A stretch of DNA of 64,000 nt from Abditibacteriaceae bacterium (lineage in GTDB: Bacteria; Armatimonadota; Abditibacteriia; Abditibacteriales; Abditibacteriaceae). The position numbers and the translations under genes are program-made. Positions 20,573-28,867 of the stretch are shown here, in pieces (position 1 is the first letter of the stretch; every line of letters starts with the position of its first letter). Under the pieces are notes generated by a model. It had not been told where the DNA came from. It made no database searches and was given only the letters and a program-made list of their open reading frames with translations. The DNA is taken from NCBI GenBank assembly GCA_965277285.1, contig OZ255721.1:832001-896000 (forward strand), written 5' to 3'.

Positions 20573-23326
20573 ATGAACGCTTCTTCCGTGATTCCTTTCC
20601 CGCAACGCGACGACAATCGTTCGACGGCGCGCGAACGCGTCACGCCGCAAGCGGTGGAAGCGGAACAAAGCACGCTGGGCGCCATGATGATGGAGCGCGA
20701 TGCGATTGCGCGCGCCGTCGAACTGCTGCAAGCCGATGACTTTTACAAAGAAGGCCATCGCAAAATCTTCAGCGCGCTGCTCAGCCTTTTCGACAAAGGC
20801 GAACCCGCCGATTTGATTACAGTTGTCGAAGAATTGCGACGCAAAGGTCAACTCGACCAGATCAACGGCGAAGGTAACGGCCCGGCGTATCTGACGCACC
20901 TCATCGAATCGTGTCCCAGCGCGGCCAACGTGGAAAGTTACGCCAAAGCGGTCGCGGAGAAAAGCATTTTGCGCCAACTCGCCAGCGCAGCCGATCAGAT
21001 CGCGGGCTGGACGTATGGCGATGTCGAAGATGTCAACGTCCTGGTCGATCAATCGGAAAAGAAGATTTTCGAGATCGGTTCCAAACGGCTTTCCGAAGGT
21101 TTTTCGCACATCAAGCCGCTCTTGATGACGGCCTACGACCAGATCGAGCGCCAATTTCAGCGCAAAGGCGAAGCGACCGGAACGCCCACCGGATTCACCG
21201 ATTTGGACGACATTACTTCAGGCTTGCAACCGACCGATTTGATCATCGTGGCAGCCAGGCCTTCGATGGGGAAATGTCTGGCGTATTGGACGTTGATTGA
21301 CGATCCTGAGACAGGCGAACGTCTGACGATTGAAGAATGCGTGCGACGCAAGCAGAATCGAGTACTCAATCTGTCGCGTTTGGGCGAATTGCAAACGACA
21401 AACGTTTCCGACTGGATCGACAGCGGCGTGAAACCGGTTTTTCGTGTCATGACACGACTTGGGCGCAGCGTTGATGTGACGGGACATCATCCTTTCCTGA
21501 CCGTTTCCGGCTGGGTTCCTTTGCACGATTTGAAAGTGGGAAATCACATCGCCGTGCCGCGTTCGCTGCCAGCTTTTGGCGACGTTCAAGAAAATTTGGA
21601 TCGCGTGCGGCTTCTGGCGTATTTCATCGCCGAAGGTGGCCTGACGGGAACCGTTCCCAAATGGACGAACGCCGATCCGGTTCTCGTCCACGATTTTGCA
21701 AGCTGCATTGCGCGGGAATTTCCCGAACTCGAAATCAAAGCGGCGAACAATTCCGGCATCGACTACAAAATCGTGCGCCCCAATCGCGGCAAAGGCGGCA
21801 CAAAAACGTGCGGAGTTGCGGCCAATCCTTTGACACGATGGCTGCAAGAAACCGGTTTGTGGGGCAAAAACGCCAGTGAAAAATCGTTTCCCGAAGCGGC
21901 CTGGACGTGGAACAAAAGCACGCTCGCTGAGTTTTTGCGCGTCTTGTTTTCCTGCGACGGAACAATTTACAAACTGGGCAACTATCCGCGCATCGAGTTC
22001 GCCGTCGCATCCGAAAAGCTGGCGCAAGATGTTCAACACGCGCTACTGCGCTTCGGCATCGTCGCCAAATTGTGGAAGAAGACGGCACGTTGCTGGCGCG
22101 TCGAGATCACTGATCCGCAAGCTGTTTTGCGCTATCAAAGCGAAATCGGCTGGGTCGGCGAAAAATCCGGTCGTTTCGTCGGTATCGAGTACTCGAATCG
22201 CACCATTCCCAAACGTCAATCGAACAACGGTCATGCGCCGCGCGAAGTCTGGGATCTGGTGCGAGAATCCGCCAAAAAGCGTGGACTTTCTCTCATCGAA
22301 CTGGCGCATTTGGCGGGTGAAACGACGGCGCGCGGCAAAACCGGCGGCTGGAATGCACACATTAATCGCGGCGTTCCAAGTCATCGTTTGATGCGTTACG
22401 CCGAAGTTTTGCAGGACGCGACTTTGATGCGCGCCGCCAGCCCCGACATTTATTGGGACGAAATCGTTTCGGTCGAACCGCTCGGCGAACATCAGGTTTA
22501 CGACCTGACAGTTCCCGACGGCTCGAACTTCATTGCGCAAGATGTGTGCGTTCATAACACCGCGCTGTGTCTCAATATCGCGCATCATGTAGCGATGAAA
22601 GAGCGTTTGCCAGTCGCGGTTTTTTCGCTCGAAATGTCGAAAGAGCAGTTGGTGCAACGCTTGATTTGCAGCGAAGCGTCGATCAACTCACGCGATCTCA
22701 GGCGCGGTTTTTTGCAGGATTCCGACTGGCATCGCGTCACCAACGCAGTCAACAATTTGTATCAGGCGCCAATTTTCATTGACGATCAGCCTGGACAAAC
22801 CACCTTTGAAATGCGCGCCAAAGCCCGTCGTCTAATGGCGGAACACGGACAATTGGGTTTGATTGTTGTGGACTATTTGCAGCTCGCGCACTCGTCCGGC
22901 AAAGCCGAAAATCGCGTCAACGAGATTTCCGAAATTGCGCGCTCTTTCAAAAGCATGGCGCGCGAACTCAAAACGCCATTGATCGCCTTGTCGCAGTTAT
23001 CGCGCGCCGTTGAACAACGCGAAGACAAGCGCCCGATGTTGAGCGATTTGAGAGAAAGCGGCAGCATTGAGGCTGAAGCGGATGTCGTGGCGTTCATTTA
23101 TCGACCAAGCTATTACAAGAACAAATCGTTCAAAAAAGAAGACGGCAAGGGCGGTTACACGGGCGCGCCCGGCTCCAGCGAACCCGATCCCGACGAAGGC
23201 ATCGCCGAAGTGATTATCGGCAAGCAGCGCAACGGGCCAGTCGGTACCATTCGCTTGGGGTTCCAACCCGAATACGCGCGCTTCACCAACCTCGCGCGCG
23301 ACAATTATTCCAACGGCTTCGATTGA
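20573..23326 (+). CDS. dnaB: replicative DNA helicase containing an intein
   Basis: PQAVEAEQSTLG, AARPSMGK//TAL, FSLEM, DYLQL, LSQLSRAVEQR, SDLRESGSIE, KQRNGP. Confidence 0.97.
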   Translation: MNASSVIPFPQRDDNRSTARERVTPQAVEAEQSTLGAMMMERDAIARAVELLQADDFYKEGHRKIFSALLSLFDKGEPADLITVVEELRRKGQLDQINGEGNGPAYLTHLIESCPSAANVESYAKAVAEKSILRQLASAADQIAGWTYGDVEDVNVLVDQSEKKIFEIGSKRLSEGFSHIKPLLMTAYDQIERQFQRKGEATGTPTGFTDLDDITSGLQPTDLIIVAARPSMGKCLAYWTLIDDPETGERLTIEECVRRKQNRVLNLSRLGELQTTNVSDWIDSGVKPVFRVMTRLGRSVDVTGHHPFLTVSGWVPLHDLKVGNHIAVPRSLPAFGDVQENLDRVRLLAYFIAEGGLTGTVPKWTNADPVLVHDFASCIAREFPELEIKAANNSGIDYKIVRPNRGKGGTKTCGVAANPLTRWLQETGLWGKNASEKSFPEAAWTWNKSTLAEFLRVLFSCDGTIYKLGNYPRIEFAVASEKLAQDVQHALLRFGIVAKLWKKTARCWRVEITDPQAVLRYQSEIGWVGEKSGRFVGIEYSNRTIPKRQSNNGHAPREVWDLVRESAKKRGLSLIELAHLAGETTARGKTGGWNAHINRGVPSHRLMRYAEVLQDATLMRAASPDIYWDEIVSVEPLGEHQVYDLTVPDGSNFIAQDVCVHNTALCLNIAHHVAMKERLPVAVFSLEMSKEQLVQRLICSEASINSRDLRRGFLQDSDWHRVTNAVNNLYQAPIFIDDQPGQTTFEMRAKARRLMAEHGQLGLIVVDYLQLAHSSGKAENRVNEISEIARSFKSMARELKTPLIALSQLSRAVEQREDKRPMLSDLRESGSIEAEADVVAFIYRPSYYKNKSFKKEDGKGGYTGAPGSSEPDPDEGIAEVIIGKQRNGPVGTIRLGFQPEYARFTNLARDNYSNGFD
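21275..22558 (+). mobile_element. 428 aa intein with LAGLIDADG homing endonuclease, inserted in the DnaB Walker A motif
   Basis: GK|CLAYW ... TGHHPF ... LLAYFIAEG, FLRVLFSCDG ... VYDLTV..NFIAQDVCVHN|T. Confidence 0.95.
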
Positions 23327-23380
23327 TTCATCGAAGCTCTACTCTGCCAAACCTTTTGTATCGAGTACTCGATTCCTTTT

Positions 23381-25366
23381 ATGAACGCTTCCAAGACCAA
23401 GTTGCAACCTCTCATCGAAGGACAGAAACAGTACGTAGTTCCGCTTTTTCAGCGTCGTTATACATGGGACACCAAAAACTGGGCGGCTTTGTGGGACGAC
23501 TTGTTAGAAGTTTGTGAAGAAGCCGAACCGCGCGAACATTTTTTCGGCTCGATTGTCACAATGCCGACACAATCGGTCCCCGAAGGCATCACAAAATACA
23601 CTTTAATAGATGGGCAGCAACGCTTGACGACAACCTTAATTTTGCTGGCCGCAATCCGCGACGCCGAACCTTTACTGGCTGAAGAAATCCAAGCCACGCT
23701 TCTCACCAATCCCTATAAAAGCGGTAGTGACAGTTTCAAGTTATTGCCGACGCAAGTTGAAGGCGACCGCGCTGCTTTCCTGCACATTATCAAATCTTCG
23801 GGCGAACCGGAAGGTGAGGTAACAAACTCCAACATTCCGCGCGCATATCGCTTTTTCCATAAAAAGCTACGGTCTGTTGAAGCGCCGCCGCTTGAGCGGT
23901 TGATGCGGATCGTCGTCAATAATTTGGTAGTTGTCAGCATCGTCCTTGATTCTAAAGAAGACAACCCGTTTCTGATTTTTGAAAGTCTCAATGCTAAAGG
24001 CGAGCGTTTGTCGCAAGCCGACCTAATTCGCAATTACTTTTTCATGCGAATGCCAATGGACAAGCAGACCGAAGTGCATCGTTTGCATTGGGAACCGATG
24101 GAGCGCAAGTTAGGCGATAACTTGAGCGAATTCATCCGTCACTTTCTGATGAAAGACGGCGAAATCGTGCGTCAAAGTGATGTCTACGTGACGTTAAAAG
24201 CGCGCGCCGACAAACACGATAATGCACAAACTCTCGATTACCTGATTGAAATCGCGCGCTTCGCCGACTACTACAAAAAGCTCACCGATGCGACTAAAGA
24301 AACCGATGCGGCCTTGCGCCAACATCTCGAACGCTTGAATCGCATCGAAATGACGGTTGCCTACCCGTTGCTCTTAAATGTTTATAACGAGTACTCGAAT
24401 GCGCGACTTTCGCAAGAGGACTTTCTGCTTTTGCTCGACACCTTGGAAAACTTCATGTTGCGTCGCTTCGTGTGCGCGGTTCCCACGTACGGATTGAACA
24501 AAATCTTCCCGCTCTTGTTTGACCAGGCGAAAAAACAGGGCGATTTGGTTGGCGGCGTGCGCAACGTTTTATCTACCAAAGGCTATCCACGCGACGCCGA
24601 GTTCAAAGAGCGTTTGATGAACTCGACGCTTTATGGAAAAGGCGAAAGGATTCCCAAAGCAAAATTGATTTTGGAACGCTTGGAAACCTCTTTCGCCCAC
24701 AAAGAACAAGTCGCATTCGATAATTTGACGATTGAACACGTCATGCCGCAAACGCCGACCACATGGTGGCGCGAACATTTGGCCACACAACAACCCGCTC
24801 TCTATGAATCGCATCTTCACACGCTGGGCAATCTCACGCTGACAGCGTACAACTCCAATTTATCCAACTTCGGATTCCCCGAGAAAAAAACAATTTTAGC
24901 GCAAAGCCACGTCAACCTCAACGCGTATTTCGCGCCTCTCGAACGTTGGGACAGCGCAGCGATTGCCGAACGCGCAAATGTGCTTTCCGACAAAGCATTG
25001 GAAATATGGAGCGATTTCGCACCGTCTCGCTCTGAAGCCACGTCTCCACAAGGAGTAACGGGAACAACACCGCGCCGCATCGAGATTTTGGGGCATTCGC
25101 AAAATGTCGCTTCTTGGCGTGAAGTTCTGGAAGCGACACTACGCATATTGCACGAACTCGAACCCGACGTGTTGCCTAAATTGGCGGACGAACAATCGCG
25201 CCTCGTGGTATCACGCGATGCTAAAGTGTTGCGAGACCCACGTCCAGTCGTAGAAGGTTTTTGGATGGAGCAGAATTTGTCAGCACACGCTATTTACCAA
25301 GCTTGCCTCAAGGCCATTGAAGTCGCCGATTTAACAGTGCAAGATTTCAAAGTTGATTACCTCTAA
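23381..25366 (+). CDS. DUF262-DUF1524 (GmrSD-like) modification-dependent restriction endonuclease with extra C-terminal domain
   Basis: VPLFQRRYTW, IDGQQRLTT, IFESLN, IEHVMPQ, LGNLTL. Confidence 0.9.
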   Translation: MNASKTKLQPLIEGQKQYVVPLFQRRYTWDTKNWAALWDDLLEVCEEAEPREHFFGSIVTMPTQSVPEGITKYTLIDGQQRLTTTLILLAAIRDAEPLLAEEIQATLLTNPYKSGSDSFKLLPTQVEGDRAAFLHIIKSSGEPEGEVTNSNIPRAYRFFHKKLRSVEAPPLERLMRIVVNNLVVVSIVLDSKEDNPFLIFESLNAKGERLSQADLIRNYFFMRMPMDKQTEVHRLHWEPMERKLGDNLSEFIRHFLMKDGEIVRQSDVYVTLKARADKHDNAQTLDYLIEIARFADYYKKLTDATKETDAALRQHLERLNRIEMTVAYPLLLNVYNEYSNARLSQEDFLLLLDTLENFMLRRFVCAVPTYGLNKIFPLLFDQAKKQGDLVGGVRNVLSTKGYPRDAEFKERLMNSTLYGKGERIPKAKLILERLETSFAHKEQVAFDNLTIEHVMPQTPTTWWREHLATQQPALYESHLHTLGNLTLTAYNSNLSNFGFPEKKTILAQSHVNLNAYFAPLERWDSAAIAERANVLSDKALEIWSDFAPSRSEATSPQGVTGTTPRRIEILGHSQNVASWREVLEATLRILHELEPDVLPKLADEQSRLVVSRDAKVLRDPRPVVEGFWMEQNLSAHAIYQACLKAIEVADLTVQDFKVDYL

Positions 25367-25371
25367 ACATT

Positions 25372-26634
25372 ATGCGAGTACTCGTTTTGGGAAGTGGCGG
25401 ACGCGAACACGCGTTGTGTTGGAAACTGGCGCAAAGTCCCCTGCTCTCGCAACTTTTTTGTTGTCCTGGAAATGCGGGAATTGCGCAAATTGCGACGTGC
25501 ATCAGCGGCGATGCGGTGGAAGTTGTACAGCAGATTGGCGCCGATTTCGTAGTCGTTGGGCCGGACGGACTTTTGGCCGATGGCGTTGTGGATAAGCTGA
25601 ACGCAGTTGGCATTCCAGCGTTTGGACCGACGAAAGCCGCCGCGCAACTCGAATCATCGAAGATTTTTTGCAAAGATTTACTGCGACGCTACAACATTCC
25701 GACAGCGACCGCTGAAAGTTTCGGTTCGCCCGAAGAAGCCAAAGCCTACATCTTCGATTTAGAAAGTGACACACCGATTGTCGTTAAAGCCGATGGTTTG
25801 GCGGTCGGAAAAGGCGTTGTCATCGCGCAAACCAAAGCCGAAGCTCTCGCCGCTGTTGATGAAGTTCTGGGTATCGCGCATGCGACGAGCGGCGCTAACA
25901 ATCGCGTTCTCATCGAAGAATATATGACGGGCGAGGAAGTTTCGCTGCTGGCATTGACGGACGGCGAAACGATTTTGCCGCTGGTCGCAGCGCAAGATCA
26001 CAAGCGTATCGGCGAAGGTGATACGGGCGCCAATACCGGCGGCATGGGCTGCTATTCGCCGGTGCCTTCGTTCACGCAAGCATTGTACAACGATGCAATT
26101 GAGAACATTTTGAAACCGACTTTAGCCGCACTTAAAAGCGAAGGCATCGAATATCGCGGCGTTTTGTATGCCGGTTTGATGCTGACGCCAAACGGTACGA
26201 AAGTCGTCGAATTTAACGCGCGTTTTGGCGACCCGGAAACGCAAGTCGTTTTGCCTCGCCTGAAAAGCGATCTTTTGCCACTTTTAATGGCTTGCGCTGG
26301 AGGTTTCGAGTACTCGATTGCTGATTTACCATGCGAATGGACAAATGAAGCGGCGGTTTGTGTTGTGATGTCTTCGCAAGGTTATCCTGGAACCTATCGC
26401 AAAGGCGACGCGATTTCCGGCTTGGACGAAGCGGCACAAAACGGTGCAATTGTTTTTCATGCGGGAACAGGATTCAAAGACCACGAAATCGTGACGAGTG
26501 GCGGTCGAGTTCTTGGTGTCACGGCGTTGGGAAATGGTTTCCACGAAGCTCGCGCGAAGTGTTACAATGCAGTTGAGAAGATTCGTTTTGATGGCGCTTA
26601 TTTTCGGCGTGACATCGGTTGGCGTTGTTTGTAA
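25372..26634 (+). CDS. purD: phosphoribosylamine--glycine ligase
   Basis: GSGGREHAL, VVKADGLAVGKGV, QDHKR, NTGGMG, EFNARFGDPETQ. Confidence 0.98.
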   Translation: MRVLVLGSGGREHALCWKLAQSPLLSQLFCCPGNAGIAQIATCISGDAVEVVQQIGADFVVVGPDGLLADGVVDKLNAVGIPAFGPTKAAAQLESSKIFCKDLLRRYNIPTATAESFGSPEEAKAYIFDLESDTPIVVKADGLAVGKGVVIAQTKAEALAAVDEVLGIAHATSGANNRVLIEEYMTGEEVSLLALTDGETILPLVAAQDHKRIGEGDTGANTGGMGCYSPVPSFTQALYNDAIENILKPTLAALKSEGIEYRGVLYAGLMLTPNGTKVVEFNARFGDPETQVVLPRLKSDLLPLLMACAGGFEYSIADLPCEWTNEAAVCVVMSSQGYPGTYRKGDAISGLDEAAQNGAIVFHAGTGFKDHEIVTSGGRVLGVTALGNGFHEARAKCYNAVEKIRFDGAYFRRDIGWRCL

Positions 26635-26655
26635 GCGACATCCGGGAGGCGCGAT

Positions 26656-27714
26656 ATGAAGAGATCGAGTTCGGTTGCTGTGTTGGGCGCTGTTGTTTCG
26701 TATGCCATTTTGCCGTTGATGTCGCCGCAAAAGGCACAGGCTTGTGACGCTTTTACTGCGCAAAATAGCGTTCCCGTTGAAGTGGCCAATGAAGAAGCGG
26801 TAATCGTGTGGGACGCCAAAAACAAAACGCAGCACTTCATTCGTCGCGCCGATTTCACGACACAGGCCAAAGATGTCGGTTTTATCGTTCCAACACCTGG
26901 CATGCCGCAATTGGGCGAGGTGGATGACAACGCTTTTCCCAACCTCCGTTCTTGGATAGAGCAAAACCCTTCCACCTCAGCAACCGCGACGGTTTCAATA
27001 GGCGCCGTTCAAGCCTCAAAGAGCGTGAAGGTTGTCCAACAAAGCCGGGTCGCGGGCTACGATGCAACGGTTTTATCGGCGGATAACACTGCAAATTTGA
27101 ATCGTTGGTTGAAACAGCATCATTACAACTCCACTCCCGCACTGATGACATGGATTCAGCCTTACGTCAAGCGCCACTGGAAAATCACTGCCTTTAAGAT
27201 CGCCCGCGAAAACAACGCCAAAAAAGGCGTGTCTTATCACGCCGTGCGGATGTCTTTCCACACCGAACGCCCTTTTTATCCTTACCGCGAACCGAGCCAG
27301 GCACGCAGCCAGAACAGTCGCTTGCTGCGCGTTTACCTGTTTGCGCCAAAACGCATGACGGGCGCTATCAACGGCAAATTATGGGTCGGCAAAACCGTCT
27401 GGTCCGACACGCCTCCAACCGACCAGCTTCCCGTTTTGACCAAACAACTGGGACTTTCCAGTCATTCGTTGGACAACACGCGCCTGACCGTTCTGGAAGA
27501 CCGCTCGACCGTGCGTTACGCGCCCGATGACGTTTACTTCCAACCCGCCTTCGACCAATCGCGCCTGGTTCCGGTTGTAGCGGCGCAAAGCAGCGACAAA
27601 CCAGGCTCGCAGCCCGCCGGTGTTTTGTTGATTTTAGGGTGCGGCGGCGCGGCGGCCTTTTTCGTGATGCGCAAGCGCTCTTCCAATCGGAGAAGTTCGA
27701 CCTTCGGCCATTAA
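26656..27714 (+). CDS. DUF2330-like exported protein with C-terminal TM anchor, copy 1
   Basis: Signal peptide then AQAC, EEAVIVWD..QHFIRRA, GFIVPTP, RPFYPYREP; TM + RKR tail. Confidence 0.75.
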   Translation: MKRSSSVAVLGAVVSYAILPLMSPQKAQACDAFTAQNSVPVEVANEEAVIVWDAKNKTQHFIRRADFTTQAKDVGFIVPTPGMPQLGEVDDNAFPNLRSWIEQNPSTSATATVSIGAVQASKSVKVVQQSRVAGYDATVLSADNTANLNRWLKQHHYNSTPALMTWIQPYVKRHWKITAFKIARENNAKKGVSYHAVRMSFHTERPFYPYREPSQARSQNSRLLRVYLFAPKRMTGAINGKLWVGKTVWSDTPPTDQLPVLTKQLGLSSHSLDNTRLTVLEDRSTVRYAPDDVYFQPAFDQSRLVPVVAAQSSDKPGSQPAGVLLILGCGGAAAFFVMRKRSSNRRSSTFGH

Positions 27715-27734
27715 GCGAACTGCGAGTACTCGCT

Positions 27735-28847
27735 ATGAAAAAACTTCTCTCATTGGCGGCGTTGTGCGCTCTTATTCTGTACTCGCCGCTGCACGTTCGC
27801 GCTTGTTTATCGTTGGCGCCCGAAGGTCAATATGTCGATGTAACAGATGAATCAGCGATCATCGTGTGGGATGCGAAAACCAGAACGCAGCATTTTATTC
27901 GCCGCGCCAGCTTCGACACGAAAGCGAAAGACATTGGTTTTCTGGTTCCGACACCGAACACGCCGCAACTGGCCGAAGCCGACGATGACGCGTTCTATCA
28001 AATCGACACTTGGATGACGCCGAAAACGGTTTACCAAACGCATCGCGGCTATGATTTCACGCCGTTCATTTTTGGCGGTGGCTCGCGCGTCCGAACCGTT
28101 TTTAACATGTCTAACAACGCGCTTTCAACGAGCGACATCGCGGATACGAGCGACAGCGTAACAATTGTCTCGCAACAAAAAGTCGCAGGCTATGACGCGA
28201 CGGTCTTAGCGGCGAACAACATTCCGAGTTTGAATCGCTGGCTCAAAAAGCACAATTACGTTTCGACAGCCGCTTTGATGAAATGGTTGCAACCTTACGT
28301 CGCGCGCAAGTGGAAAATCACGGCATTTAAAATCGCCAAGCCGAACAAAAACGACAGCGGCGTTTCTTCGCGTACCGTGCGGATGTCGTTTCACACTGAA
28401 CGCCCGTTTTTCCCTTACCGCGAACCAGATCAAAAGCGTCAGGCAGGTTCTCGAATCTTGCGCGTCTATTTCTTCGCGCCGCAACGCATGACAGGCGCCA
28501 TTAACAGCAAACTATGGATTGGAAAAACTGTCTGGTCGGACAATGTTCCAACGGATGACATTCCCGCATTTGCCAAACAGTTGGGGCTTTCGAGTACTCA
28601 ATTGAACAATGCGCGCCTGACAGTTTTGGAAGACAACTCGACCGTACGTTATGCGCCCGACGACGTTTATTTTCAATCTGCTTTCGACCAGAGCCGCGTC
28701 GTGCCGCTACCGAACATCATTTACGAAAACAAACTTATCTGGTTGCCCGCCGATGTTTTATTGCTGTTGTCATGCGGCGTCGCGTCAGCATTATACATAC
28801 TCTGGAAGCGGATTGTAGAACGCAAAACGCCCGTCATCGATGCTTGA
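27735..28847 (+). CDS. DUF2330-like exported protein with C-terminal TM anchor, copy 2 (tandem paralog)
   Basis: Same motifs as copy 1; start MKKLL. Confidence 0.75.
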   Translation: MKKLLSLAALCALILYSPLHVRACLSLAPEGQYVDVTDESAIIVWDAKTRTQHFIRRASFDTKAKDIGFLVPTPNTPQLAEADDDAFYQIDTWMTPKTVYQTHRGYDFTPFIFGGGSRVRTVFNMSNNALSTSDIADTSDSVTIVSQQKVAGYDATVLAANNIPSLNRWLKKHNYVSTAALMKWLQPYVARKWKITAFKIAKPNKNDSGVSSRTVRMSFHTERPFFPYREPDQKRQAGSRILRVYFFAPQRMTGAINSKLWIGKTVWSDNVPTDDIPAFAKQLGLSSTQLNNARLTVLEDNSTVRYAPDDVYFQSAFDQSRVVPLPNIIYENKLIWLPADVLLLLSCGVASALYILWKRIVERKTPVIDA

Positions 28848-28867
28848 AAGAGCATCGAGTACTCGAT

